Shown: positions 47,801 through 60,217 of the stretch, piece after piece
Numbering within the stretch: the first letter of the stretch is position 1
Layout of the letters: each line of letters opens with the position of its first letter
Made by a program: the position numbers and the translations under genes
Origin: Mobula hypostoma
Taxonomy: Eukaryota
Length of the DNA stretch: 64,000 nucleotides
Direction: 5' to 3'
NCBI RefSeq assembly: GCF_963921235.1
Contig: NC_086097.1
Span: forward strand, 45,014,001 to 45,078,000
The notes under the pieces: model-generated
The model's database searches: none
Told to the model about the DNA's origin: nothing
The model's input: only the letters and a program-made list of their open reading frames with translations

Positions 47801-49620
47801 TTCAGGCGCTCTTTTACAACTCTCTTAGCCCTTATACAATTATGTTGAAAAGTGGCCCTTTTTAATGCTTGCCCTGGATTTGTCGGCCTGCCACTTTTAC
47901 TTTTCTCCTTAGTACTTTTTGCTTCTACGCTCACTTTACACCCCTCTGTCTCTCTGCACTGGTTCCCATCCCTCTGTTGTGAACTAACCTCCTCATGCCT
48001 AGCCTCTTTAATTTGATTCCCACCCCCCAACCATTCTAGTTTAAAGTCATATAGTCATATAGTCATATTTGTCACAAATCTCCACATAATATTTATCTGA
48101 GGTATTAACTTATAGAAAGGAAAGGAAGAACAATCAAAAGGAGAAAACTATGTACAAAATAGGGAGTGATCTTTTTTTTACAGTATATTCATTGATTTGT
48201 GAGAATAATATCAGGCCTATGAGGTGTTATGTAGTTAAACCATTTTTTCCACTATGAATAAAATTGTTCCAACTTATGATTAACAGATGCTGTTATCTTC
48301 TCCAGTTTGTAAATGTCCATTGTAATTTCCATCCATACACTTAAAGTTGGGCTCTCCTGTGATAACCATTCCTGGTAAGGGTCTTTTTACCAGCCACCAG
48401 CAGTACATTCATTAAATATTTATCTCTTTTCAACCATTCTTGAGGTATATTCCCAAAATATATGGTCTTACTTTCTAAGGGTATTTCACATTTAAAGATG
48501 TCTTGTAGGGCATTATGTATCTGACTCTAATAGTCTTGGATAATGGGGCATTCCCAGAAAATATGATAATGGTTTGCATTTTGATTTCCACAATTTCTCT
48601 AGCAAACAGGGGGGACACTATCATAATGGGATTTCTGAGAGGGTGTAATAAAATATCTTATCAAGTTTTTCCACCCGAACTCCTTCCATTTCTGTGAACT
48701 AGTACACTTCAATTGATACCTCCATATTATTGTCCAGTCTTCCTCAGATATTAATATCCCTCCTTCCTTCTCCCATTTTGTTTTAATGTATGAAGTCGAA
48801 TGTGTTTTAAGATTTGACAAACCCTTATACATGCTTGAAATTATTCTACTACCGTTGCCTGAATTATATGCTTTTCTAAATAGCTCTATCAGACATGTAC
48901 TTACCTTGGTTACATTTTTAGCCATCCTATTAACATACCGTTGCATCTGTAAGTACTGGTAAAAGTCTTGTTTTTCAAATAAGTGTTTCTCTTTGAGCAT
49001 TTCAAAACTGAACAGTGTTCCTTCTTTCATTATATTGCAAATAGCTGTTATTCCTTTAGCTGTCCAGTCCTTAAATCTAGCATCCAGTTTATTCGGCGTA
49101 AAATCCGAGTCATATGCACACCATTTAAGAATTGCAATGTCTCTCTCTAGTTTATATTCTTTTATAATAGTTTTCCATATTTTAAGATTCCATTTCACCC
49201 ACGGGTTATCAATAGTATTTATGTAACTTTGTAGGTTGTTAACAGCCAAAATTGCCTGTATGGAGATGGAAAGTATCCTCTCCTCAATGTTTTTCCATTG
49301 AGCGTCATATGATGGGTTGTACCAGCATATCACAGCTCTCAACTGTGCTGCAAAATAATAATCTCTAAGAGAAGATAGGCCCCATCCCCCCTTCTCCTTG
49401 GCTAATTGCAAAGTTTTGAGATGAACCCTAGGCCTTTTACCTTGAAATACATATCTTGACAGCATCTTGTTCGATTCATTGAACTGATTTTGGTTAATCT
49501 CTATTGGTAGGGTCTGAAAGAGATATAGTAGTCTGGGCCGTATATTCATTTTAATAGATTCAATCCTTGAACTGAGACCAAGAAAAGGAATTTGGTTCCA
49601 TCTTGTTATATCTTCCTTAA
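44820..49620 (-). mobile_element. Second L1 family copy, 5'-truncated, with a 17-bp TSD; itself interrupted by a CR1
   Basis: TSD TGAGC(T/C)GTGTATATTTC at 44803-44819 and 49621-49637. Poly(T) and TTTATT at 44820-44847. ORF 48599-49620 has RIESIKMNI.PRLLYLFQ.LP..GGWGL (L1 post-RT region). Confidence 0.9.
44906..48047 (-). mobile_element. Young CR1 with a complete ORF2 in one frame, broken only by two nonsense codons
   Basis: ORFs 46891-48030, 45625-46677 and 44998-45597 share one frame. I translated the gaps and found only TAA (46893-46891) and TGA (45627-45625). Truncated at the ORF1/ORF2 boundary. Confidence 0.93.
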
Positions 49621-51204
49621 TGAGCCGTGTATATTTCACTGCAAGAAGTATCATAGGAAAGGTAGATGAGCTCAGGGTATGGATAAACACCAGGAATTAT
49701 GATATTGTAGCCATCAGTGAGACGTGGTTGCAGGAGGGACAGGTCTGGCAGCTTGATATTCCAGGGTTTTGCTGTTTTAGATGCAACAGAGCAGAAGAAG
49801 GTAAGGGAGGAGGAGTGGCGTTACTAGTTAGGGAAAAGATCACAGCAGTCAGTGTTCAGTCAGGACAGGCTGGAGAACTCATCTAGTGAGGTGCTATGGA
49901 TGGAACTGAGTAATAAGAAAGGTATGTCCACATTAATATGGCCACATTACAGACCACCCAACAGTCCAAGGCTTTCAGAGGAACAAATTTGCAGGAAGAT
50001 CGTAGACTGCTGCTAGAAACATAAGGTTGTTATAGTAAGTGTTTTTACCTTTCCACATATTGACTTAGAATAGCACACTATAAAAGGACTAGATGGGATA
50101 GAGTTTGTCAAATGTGTTCAGGAAAGTTTCCTTAATCAGAACGTAGAAGTCCCTACAAGGGAGATACTTGTTAATTGATCTGCTATTAGGAAAGGAGTCA
50201 GGGCAGGTGATAGAAATGTTTAGAGGAACATCTTGTACCCAGTGACCACAATGTCATTAGTTTCAAAGTAAATATGTATGCAAAAAGATAGGTCTGCTCT
50301 GTGGGTGAGATTCTAAATTGGAGAAGGGCAATATTGATGGTATTAGAAAGGATCTGGCAAGTGTACTTGGTAAGTGGGAGGCCTTCAGAAGTGACATTTT
50401 GAGAGTACAAAGCTTGTATCAGAATAAAATTTAAAGCTGTTACGTGCAGGGAACCTTGGATTTCAAGAGATATTGAGGCTCTGGTTAAGAAAAAAAGGAG
50501 GTGCATAGCAAGTATAGGCAAGTAGGAACAAATGAGGTGCTTACGGAGTATGTGAAATACAAAGGAACACTTAAGAAAGAAATCAGGATGACGTAAAGAA
50601 GGAATGAGTTTGCCCTATCAGACAAGGTGAAGGAGGACCCTAAGGGATTCTATAGAGATGTTACGAGCAAAACGATTGCAAGGGACAAATAGGTCCCCTA
50701 GAAGATCAGAATGGTAATCCATGTGTGGAGCCAAAAGAGATGGGGGGAGATCTCCAAGGCCTGACACAGTGTTTCCTCCGATCCTGCATAGGCAAGTGCA
50801 GGATTTGCAGCGGTCCTAGTAGAGATATTTAAATCATCCTTAGTGACAGGAGAGGTACCAGAGGACTAGAGGATAGCCAATTGTATTTCGGTGTTTAAGA
50901 AAGGCTCTTAAAATAAACCAGGAATTTATAGGCCAGTAAGACTGATATCAGCAGTGGGAAAGTTATTGGGAGGTATTCTAAGGGACCAGATATATAAGTA
51001 CTTGGATAGACATGGACTGTTTAAGGATAGTCAGCATGGTTTCATGCGTGATAGGTCCTATCTAACTAATCTTATAGAGTTTTTCAAGGAAGTTACCAGA
51101 AAATGGATTAAGGCAAGGCAGTGAATGTTGTCTACATGGACTTTAGCAAGGCACTTGACGAAGTTCCATATGGGAGGTTGGTCAAGAAGGTTCAGTCATT
51201 TGGT

Positions 51205-53381
51205 TAAGACTATAAGACAAAGGAGCAAAAGTTGGCCATTCGGCCCATCGAGTCTGCTCCACCATTTTATCATGAGCTGATCCATTCTCCCATTTAGTCC
51301 CACTACCCCGCCTTCTCACCATAACCTTTGATCCTTTGATGCCCTGGCTACTCAGATACCTATCAATCTCTGCCTTAAATACACCCAGTGACTTGGCCTC
51401 CACTGCCACCCGTGGCAACAAATTCCATAGATTCACCAACCTCTGGCTAAAAGAATTTCTTCGCATCTCTGTTCTGAATGGGTGCCCTTCAATCCTTAAG
51501 TCATGCCCTCTCATACTAGACTCCCCCATCATGGGAAACAACTTTGCCACATCCACTCTGTCCATGCCTTTCAACATTCGAAATGTTTCTATCTGGTCTG
51601 CCCTCATTCTTCTAAGCTCCAAGGAATACAGTCCAAGAGCGGACAAACGTTCCTCATATGTTAATCCTCTCATTCCCGGAATCATTCTAGTGAATCTTCT
51701 CTGTACCCTCTCCAACGTCAGCACATCCTTTCTTAAATAAGGAGACGAAAACTGCCCACAGTACTCCAAGTGAGGTCTTACCAGCACCTTATAGAGCCTT
51801 AACATCACATCCCTGCTCCTATACTCTATTCCTCTAGAAATGAATGGCAACATTGCGTTCGCCTTCTTCACCACCGACTCAACCTGGAGGTTAACCTTAA
51901 GGGTATCCTGCACAAGGACTCCCAAGTCCCGTTGCATCTCTGAACTTTGAATTCTCTCCCCATTTAAATAGTAGTCTGCCTGTTTATTTCTTCTGCCAAA
52001 GTGCATAACCATACACTTTCCAACATTATATTTCATTTGCCACTTCTTTGCCCATTCTTCCAATCTATCCAAGTCTCTCTGCAGACTCTTTGTTTCCTCA
52101 GCACTACCGGCCCCTCCACCTATCTTTGTATCATCAGCAAACTTAGCCAAAGAGCCATCTATTCCATAATCCAAATCGTTAATGTACAATGTAAAAAGAA
52201 GCAGCCCCAACACAGACCCCTGTGGAAAACCATGGGTAACCGGCAGCCAACCAGAATAGGATCCCTTTATTCCCACTCTCTGTTTCCTGCCAATCAGCCA
52301 GCGCCCTATCCACGTATGTAACTTTCCCGTAATTCCATGGGCTCTTATCTTGTTAAGCAGCCTCATGTGAGGCACCTTGTCAAAGGCCTTCTGAAAATCC
52401 AAATATACAACATCCACTACATCTCCCTTGTCTAGCCTACTTGTAATTTCCTCAAAAAATTGTAATAGGTTTGTCAGGCAGGATTTTCCTTTAAGGAAAT
52501 CATGCTGAGTTCTGCCTATCTTGTCATATGCCTCCAGGTACTCCGTAACCCCATCCTTGACAATCGACTCCAACAACTTCCCAACCACCGATGTCAAGCT
52601 AACAGGTCTATAATTTCCTTTTTGCTTCCTTGCCCCCTTCTTAAATAGCAGAGTGACGTTTGCAATCTTCCAGTCCTCTGGAACCATGTCAGAATCTAGC
52701 GACTTTTGAAAGATCATTGCTAATGCCTCCGCAATCTCCATAGCTACTTTCTTCAGAATACGAGGGTGCATTCCATCTGGTCCGGGAGATTTATCTACCT
52801 TTAGCCTATTCAGCTTCCTGAGTACTTTCTCTGTCATAATTGTGACTGCACACACTTCTCTTCCCTGCTACCCTTGAGTGTCCGGTATACTGCTGATGTC
52901 TTCCCCAGTGAAGACTGATGCAAAATACTCATTCAGTTCCTCTGCCATCTCCTTATCTCTCATTACAATTTCTCCAGCATCATTTTCTATTGGTCCTATA
53001 TCTACTCTCACCTGTCTTTTACTCTTTATATACTTGAAAAAGCTTTTAGTATCCTCTTTGATATTATTTGCTAGCTTCCTTTGATAGTTCATCTTTTCCC
53101 TCTTAATGACCTTCTTTTGTAAGCTTTTAAAAACTTTCCAGTCCTCTGTCTTCCCACTAATTTTTGCTTCCTCATATGCCCTCTCCTTTGATTTAACTTT
53201 GGCTTTGACTTCTCTTGTCAGCCACGATTGCAACCTTTTTCCATTTGAAAATTTCTTCTTTTTTGGAATATATCTGTTTTGCACCTTCCTCACTTCTTGC
53301 ATAAACTCCAGCCACTGCTGCTCTGCAGTCCTTCCAGCAAGTGTCCCTTTCCAGTCAACTTTGGCCAGTTCCTCTCTCATG
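51205..53381 (-). mobile_element. Young 5'-truncated CR1 with an open RT domain
   Basis: ORFs 52868-53380 and 51182-52855 (KSPGPDG, DFQKAFDKV, PQGSVLG, FADD). CAGTCATT is duplicated at 51193-51200 and 53382-53389. Confidence 0.92.
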
Positions 53382-54384
53382 CAGTCATTGAGATGAGGTT
53401 GTAAATTTGATTAGACATTGGCTTTGTGGGAGAAGTAGTAGATGGTTGCCTCTCTGATTGGTGGCCTGTGACTAGTGGAGTGCTGCAGGGGTCGGTGCTG
53501 GATCCGTTGTTATTTGTCATTTATATCAACAATCTGGATGATAATGTAGTTAGGTGGATCAGGAAGTTTGCAGATGACACCAAGATTGGGGGTGTAGTGG
53601 ACAGTGAGAAAGGCTATTATGGCTTGCAGAGAGATCTGCTTCAGCTGGAGAAATGGGCTGAAAAATGGCAGATGCAATCTAATGCATACAAATGCGAGGT
53701 GTTGCACTGCAGTAGGACGGACCAGGGTAGGTTTTGCACAGTGAACAGCAGAGCACCGAGGAGTGCAATTTCGGTCACCTAACTACAGGAAAGATATAAA
53801 TAAAGTTGAAAGAGTACAGAGAAAATTTACATGGATACTGCTGGGTCTGGAGGATCTGACCTATAAGGAAAAATTTAATAGGTTAGTACTTCATTTGTTG
53901 GAACGTAGAAGACTGAGAGGAGATTTGATAGAGATATGGAAATGTTGAGAGATATAGATAGCATAAATGCAAGTAGGCTTTTTCCACTGAGGTTAGGTGG
54001 GACTAAAACTCGAGGTCATGGGTTGAGGGTGAGAGATGAAAAGTTTAAGTGGAACATGGAGGGAATCTTCTTCACTCAGAGGGTCATGAGAATGTGGAAT
54101 GAGCTGTGCTGCATGCAAGCTCAATTTCAATGTTTATGCGCTTTAGATAGGTACAGGGATAGTAGGGCGACGGAGAGCTATGGTCCCTATGCAGGTAGAT
54201 GGGAACAGGCAGTTTAAGTGGTTTGACATGGACTAGATGGGCCAAAGGGCCAGGTTCCGTGCTGTACTTTTCTATGACTCTATGACTTTATCAAGGATGG
54301 TATAAGGAACTGGATGGGCTTTGTAAAACTTGGATTTAGCATTTTCATTAAAAATGATTTTACCCTTGAAGTGATTGAGTTTTC

Positions 54385-54680
54385 TAATGCTATCCCGCTA
54401 CCGCCTGTAAAGAGTTTGTACATTTGCCTCATGCCCGCATGAATTTCCTCCAGGTTGTCCGGTTTCCTCCCATAGTCCAAAGGTATATCGAATGGTGGGT
54501 TAATTAGTCATTGTAAATGATCCTGTGATTTGGCTTGGATTCATAGTCATAGTCATAGTCAAACTTTATTGATCCAGAGGGAAATTGGTTTGATTGAAAT
54601 TGGGGGATTGCTGGGCAGCATGGCTTGAAGGGCTGGAAGGGCTTATTCTGCACTGTATCTCAATAAATCAATAAAAAACA
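54385..54680 (+). mobile_element. HE1/V-SINE-like SINE lacking its tRNA head, with a ~50-bp LINE tail inserted at ~54542-54590
   Basis: V-domain-like tccggtttcctcccatagtccaaag..ggttaattagtcattgtaaat and a CR1-type 3' end gaagggc..ctgcactgtatctc(aata)n. Confidence 0.7.
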
Positions 54681-56020
54681 CTGCTGTGGCATCATCCAGT
54701 ACCTTTCCTGATTTATTTTCAGTTGACTCGATTGCAGGGGATGTGGCATGGAAATGCTGGGTAGATCTCCAATCAAATTGTTGTTGTCTCCGCCACTCAT
54801 GTCCCCACAATGCTGGTCCTACTGATTTTACCACATAAGAGCCTGTTGTGGCTTGCTGGTTGTTGTATTTCACTGTTATGAATGTCATTCTTACAGGTGT
54901 TACCTTTTTCCAATATAAGCTCTTAATTGGATATCTGCAGGTTTCAGTTTAACATTTTTGAAATGCTGTTCAAAATAATTTTGTGGAATGACTCTAACAG
55001 CTGAGTCAGTATATAATTCCATTTTAAATTAATTTACTGTTCACTTCTGGTGTAAGCCGTACTGCTTGGCTATTGTTAGTTTTCATATGGTAAACCTCAA
55101 GGCTTCTCAGTCTGGTCTCACTCTCGTGATCAGATTTTTCATCAGCAGCATACAGATTAGTGATCTTTCTGAAACCGGAACTGCCTTTTTATCTTTTTCT
55201 CATCCCTGTGCAGTGCATTTATTTTTGTCAGCCCTACGTGCACTTTGTTTTATTTATTATTATTATTATTAATCACCTGGTACTCACTGTTTATGAACCT
55301 GTAAATTTGGTCCATTTTCTTTTTTTAAAAAATTCAACCATCTCTCTCACTCTTCTGAAGAGACACATGCTGCACTTCTCTTTAACTCAAACATCTTTCT
55401 CCTCTTGCGAAGAAAAAATGCCATGATTTTTTTTTACCCGATCGTTTCTCTCTCTCTCCTCTTGCAAAGAAAATGTGTTGCACTTTTTTTAACATGAGTG
55501 TCTCATTTTGCTTCAACTCACCTCAGGTTCATTTTAAAACTTACTCGTCACTGGTGTTACGTTTTGTAACTCCAAAGCATAAAACTAAATGAAACAAAAA
55601 CACAGAACCTGTCATGGTCCGGATCGGGGTCCCTTTAAACTTAGCTTGTTTACGTTACGATCTGGACCGTTGGTTCCCTGTTTTCCCGTGTCCCTCGACT
55701 TTGGTGATTAGAGGCAATTAACGCTTGGCTGAACCAGTAGTTTATAGTCTCCGGCTTTCAGCCGTTCGGCACGGGAGTGTCTGTAAAGTCACGGTGTGCC
55801 AATGTCATCTGGCCGGAGCAAGCCTAGTCTCTGCCGAAGCGAGTGTCAGTAATTCGCCCTTCCTCACCGGAGCAACCCAGTCCAGTTACCTTGCCAAAGT
55901 GAGCCTGCAAAGTTTCCTCATCAAGGTGGGTCGGTCAGTTAACCCGCTGGAGGGAATCAAGAACCGCTGTCTGCTGTTCCCGGGCCGAGTCAAGAGCTCG
56001 CCACTACCCGAAGGTTCGAA

Positions 56021-56181
56021 GTCAAGTCCTGGCCCAGGCGGCGTTCAAGTACCATGTCAAGTCCTGGCCCTGGCGGCGTTCAAGTACCATGTCAAGTCCT
56101 GGCCCTGGAGGCGTTCAAGTACCATGTCAAGTCCTGTCCCTGGCGGCTTCCAGTTCTGAGTCAAGTCTTGGCCCTGGCGGT
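56021..56181. repeat. 35-bp tandem repeat, about 4.6 copies
   Basis: GTCAAGTCCTGGCCC(A/T)GGCGGCGTTCAAGTACCAT units start at 56021, 56056, 56091, 56126 and 56160. Confidence 0.95.
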
Positions 56182-56324
56182 CTGTGATTCCTGTCCTACC
56201 CCCTTGTCTGAATCCCTGCTCTGCCCCTCTTGCCTCTAGCCCTCGTCTGCAGTCCCCGCCTGCACTTCGGTCTAGTTCCATCACTGGAGCTAGATAGGTA
56301 CTGTCTGGTGTTCATTTGTGGTGG

Positions 56325-56679
56325 TCTTGTCTTGTTTTGTCCTTGCCTCCGTGGGGTAAGTCTGGCCATCTTGCCGTTGCCGCGCGGGGAGTCATGTCTT
56401 GTCCTGTCCTGGCCTCCGTAGGGTAAGTCAGGCCGTCTTGCCGTTGCCCCGCAGGGAGTCATGTCTTGCCTTGTCCTGTCCTCGCCTCCGTGGGGTAAGT
56501 CAGGCCGTCCTTGTTGTTGCCCCGCGGGGAGTCGTGTCTTGTCTTGTCTTGTCCTTGCCTCTGTGGGGTAAGTCAGGCCGTCTTGACGTTGCCCCGTGGG
56601 GGGTCATGTCTTGACATGTCTTGTCCTCGCCTCCGTGGGGGAAGTCAGGCCGTCTTGCCATTGCCCCGCGAAGGGTCAT
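56325..56679. repeat. 67-73-bp tandem repeat, 5 copies, each with an internal inverted repeat
   Basis: The G(T/G)AAG anchor falls at 56356, 56423, 56495, 56568 and 56640. Confidence 0.92.
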
Positions 56680-56852
56680 GAGTCCCGGCCCTATGTCCTG
56701 TACCCGAGGAGGGGTCCCGGCTCTCTGTTCTGTGTGCGAGTCCCGGCCCTATGTCCTGTACCCAAGGAGGGGTCCCGGCTCTCTGTTCTGTGTGCGAGTC
56801 CCGGCCCTATGCCCTGTACCCAAGCGGGGGACCCGGCTCTCTGTTCTGTGTA
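56680..56852. repeat. 58-bp tandem repeat, 3 copies
   Basis: GAGTCCCGGCCCTATG units start at 56680, 56738 and 56796. Confidence 0.95.
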
Positions 56853-57391
56853 TATGTCCAAGTTTCCATGTACCTGCTCTCCCGAGACCGAGGCTCTGTT
56901 TTCCATGTTCCTCCTCTCCCTAGCCCATGTCATGTTCATGCCTGGTTCTGGAGTCCGAGCCCGAGGCAAGACCCAGGTACTGGGTTCTTGCCCAGTCTCG
57001 GGCTCGGAGTCCATACCCTAGCCTCTTCATGTCTCCTCTAGTTCTGGGAGCTGATTCCGAGTCCAAGCCCAGACCCTTGGTCCCAGCCTAGTCGTAGTCC
57101 TGAGTCCTTATCCTGTTCGCTATTCCGGCTTCTGTCTTGCTCTCCTGGTATCGTACAATAAACTAAACCTAAGTAACCTCACAAGATGTGTCTTGCATTT
57201 GGGTCCACCCTTGCTCCCCAATGCCCCCGCCAGTGTGACAGAGCCAGGGATAACTCATGTACACTTAGTTTTTACTTTCAGTGATGCACGCACTGTGGTG
57301 GCGTAATGACGTATGCCATTCACGAATTTTTACATAAAATCCATAATGAATTATGTAAGCACAAGGAATGTTTAATCAAACTACAAATGTT

Positions 57392-57399
<8 letters not shown>

Positions 57400-57437
<38 letters not shown>
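57400..57437. repeat. (TA)n microsatellite inside the outer LTR
   Basis: A perfect TA run. Confidence 0.95.
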
Positions 57438-57443
<6 letters not shown>

Positions 57444-59705
57444 AACTCAAATATTAACGAAAAGTATCAAATAATCAACAGGTGCCAGATTCCAAGAGAA
57501 GGTATTTGTAGAATGCCTCTGAGATGCCCTTTTTAGAGCAGCTATTGATCAAGGCCACTATGGAAAAGGCAATTTTGAATTGTGTTGATTTGAGAACTTA
57601 GGAAGGAGAGATCATAATATGATAGCATTCACCCTGCAGTTTCAGAGGAGAAGCTAAAAGCTGATGTATTGACATTACAGTGGGGTAAAGGGTACTATTG
57701 AGGTATGAGAGAGGACCTGTCCAAAGTTGATTGGCAGTGGAGATGAGTAGGGATGATGGTAGAGTAGCAGTGGCTGGATTTTCTGGGAGTGATTTGAAAG
57801 ACACAGAACTGGTTCATCCCAAAAAAGAAGCATTCTAAAGGGAAGATGAGGCAACCATGGCTAATAAGGGAAGTCAAAGATAGCATAAAAGCAAAACAAT
57901 ATATCAAAAATAATTGAGAAACTAGAGGATTAGGAAGCTTGGAAAAACTACAGAAGGCAGCTAAAAAACAATAAGGAGAGAAAAGATGAATTATGAAAGT
58001 AAATTAATCAATAATATGAAAGAGGATCCCAAAAGTTTTTTTTTCAGATATATAAAGAATAAAACAGAGGCAAGTGAGGATATTGGACACCCAGAGAATG
58101 ATGCTGGAGAGGTAGTAATGGGGGCAAAGAAATGGTGGACAAACTCAATAAGAATTTTGCATCAGTCTTCACTATGGAAGACACCAACAGAAGGCTAGAA
58201 ATTCAAGACTGTCAAGGGATACTCTGTGAGTGTAGTCACTATCACTAAGGAGAAGTTGCTTAGGAAGCTGAAAGATCTAAAGTTGGATAAGCCACCAGGA
58301 CCAGAGGGAATAGACCATAAGACCATAGGATATAGGAGCAGAAGTAGGCCATTCGGCCCATTGAATCTGCTCCACCATTCAACCATGGGCTGATCCAATT
58401 CTTCCAGTCATCCCCACTCCCCAGCTTTCACCCCATACCTTTTGACGCCCTGGCTAATCAAGAACCTATCTATCTCTGCCTTAAATGCACCCAATGACTT
58501 GGCCTCCACAACCACTCCTGGCAACAAATTCCACAGATTTACCACATTCTGACTGAAGCAATTTCTCTGTATCTCAGTTCTAAATGGATGTCCTTCAATC
58601 CTGAAGTTGTGTCATCTTGTCCTAGACTCCCTTACCATGGGAAATAACTTTGCCATATCTAATCTGCTCAGGCCTTATAACATTCAGAATGTTTCTATGA
58701 GATCCTTCCTCATTCTCCTGAACTCCAGGGAATCCAGTTGTTCCTCATACGGTAACCCTTTCATTCCTGAAAGGTTCAGAAAGAGGTAGCTGAAGAGATT
58801 ATGTAGGCATTAGTAATGACCTTTCAAGAATTTCTAGATTCAGGAATGTTTCCAGAGGACTGGAAATTTGCAAATGTCACTCTACTCTTTAAGATAAGAG
58901 TGAGGAAGAAGGCACAACATTATAAGCCAGTTGGCTTGACTTCAGTGGTTGTCAAGATGTTTGAGTCCATTATTCAGGATGAGGTTTTGGGGCACTTGGA
59001 AGCACATGAAATAGGACAAAGTCAGTATGATTTCATCAAGGGGAATCTTGCCTGGCAAATTTGTTGGAATTCTTTGAGGAAATAGCAGGCAGGACAGACA
59101 ACAGAGAGTCAGTGGATTTTGTCTAGTTGAGCTTCAGAAGGCCTTTGACAAAGTGCCACCCATGAGGCTGTAAAAAAGTTAAGAGCCCATGGTAAAGATA
59201 CTAGCATGGACAGAAAATTTGATGACCGACAGAAGGGAAAGCGTGGGAATAAATAAAGGGGGCCTTTTCTGCTTGGCTTCTGGTGACTAGTGGTGTTCTT
59301 CAGGAATCAGTGTTGGGCCTGCTACTTTTCATGTTGTATGTTCATGATCTGGGTGAAGAAATTAATGGATTTGTGGCCAGATTGGTGAATGATACAAAGG
59401 CAGGTGGAGGGGCAGGTAGTGCTGAGGAAGCAGAGAGTTTGCAGAAGGACTTGGATAGATCAGGAGAATGGGCGACAAAGTGGAGACAGAATTTGGGAGT
59501 GAATTCAGAAGTCAGAATTGCAAAGGGACTTGGGAATTCTGCTACATGATTTTCTAAAGGTTAATTTGTATATTAAGTAGGTGGTAAGGAAAGTAAATGC
59601 CAATGTTAGTATTCATTTTGAGAAGACTAGAATATAAAAGTAAGAATAATGCTGAAGCCTTATAAAGCTTTGGTCAGACCACACTTGGAGTAATATAAGC
59701 AGTTT

Positions 59706-60155
59706 TACTTCCAAGAGGACCACAACCTTGTTGAGGTTTGGAGGCTTGTGCGCCTGAATGACCCAGAGAACTATGTGGGCTGGAGACAGGGCCTTCTACA
59801 TTGGCTCTTGTAGGGTTACCCATGACAAACATGTCAGACCGTAGAGACCAGACTAAGAGTGGCCCATTGGTCCTCCAGGTTTGGGGTTCAGCCCAAGACT
59901 AACAACCCTAATCGGTTAAACAAAACTGAAATGAAGAATCCTTCTACATCTGTGTGCGATGGTATTCCTGAGTGTCCACCCAGGGCCTGCATGACAGAAT
60001 GTTGTGAAAACTGAGAGGAAGCTACTGGCACAATGAAGGAAGCCCTGAACACCATCAAGGCCAAGACCAAAATTGATTTCTGGAACGTATGGACAGAGAT
60101 GGAGGACCTTCATTGCTGCCCTAAACTCCAGCAGGTATAACAGACAGTAAGTAAG
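59706..60155 (+). mobile_element. Non-autonomous bipartite RTE-derived retroposon
   Basis: 10-bp TSD TAAGCAGTTT at 59696-59705 and 60156-60165. RTE-like 5'UTR (accacaaccttgttg..ggcttg..aatga), a trace of the EN start (tggaacgt) fused to an RTE-like 3' end, and a (GTAA)n tail. Confidence 0.75.
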
Positions 60156-60217
60156 TAAGCAGTTTCGGACATCATAACTAAGAAAGGATATGCTGATATT
60201 GGAAATGGTCCAATGTA

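Larger units (their letters stand above)
43960..54290 (+). mobile_element. Old near-full-length CR1 in three pieces (43960-44819, 49621-51200, 53390-54290), host to L1 and CR1 insertions
   Basis: Esterase VVVHVGIND (44316-44543), EN ARSI..ETWL (49620-49886), RT QGSVL..FADD (53426-53782) and a 3' tail at ~54240-54290. The pieces rejoin at the TSDs. Confidence 0.85.
55610..57240 (+). mobile_element. 1631-bp GC-rich solo LTR with internal tandem arrays
   Basis: TGTCA...TGACA termini. 5-bp TSD GAACC / GAGCC (55605-55609 and 57241-57245). AATAAA near 57158 followed by tgcatttgggtcc. Confidence 0.85.
55555..57480. mobile_element. Gypsy solo LTR (same family as 40110-40348), split by a second LTR
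   Basis: TGTTAC...CAACA termini. gtaactccaaagcataaaa..aaaaacacaga and ataatgacgtatgccattcac match the 40110 LTR. TSD is not clean. Confidence 0.8.

Noticed and set aside
55335..55500. Degenerate ~55-bp direct repeats (ctcctcttgc.aagaaaa..tgcactt)
   Set aside because: Too degraded and low in complexity to assign a period or function.
56021..56181. 35-bp repeats of CRISPR-like length
   Set aside because: Head-to-tail units with no unique spacers, inside a eukaryotic LTR, and no cas genes.
55725..57041. Multiple ORFs in the GC-rich LTR
   Set aside because: They are translations of tandem repeats in several frames, with no gag, pol or env motifs.
58290..58330. Apparent targeting of CR1(-) insertions to the DKSPGPDG-coding motif of other CR1s (also near 8650)
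   Set aside because: Only two imprecise cases in a CR1-saturated window, so chance is sufficient.
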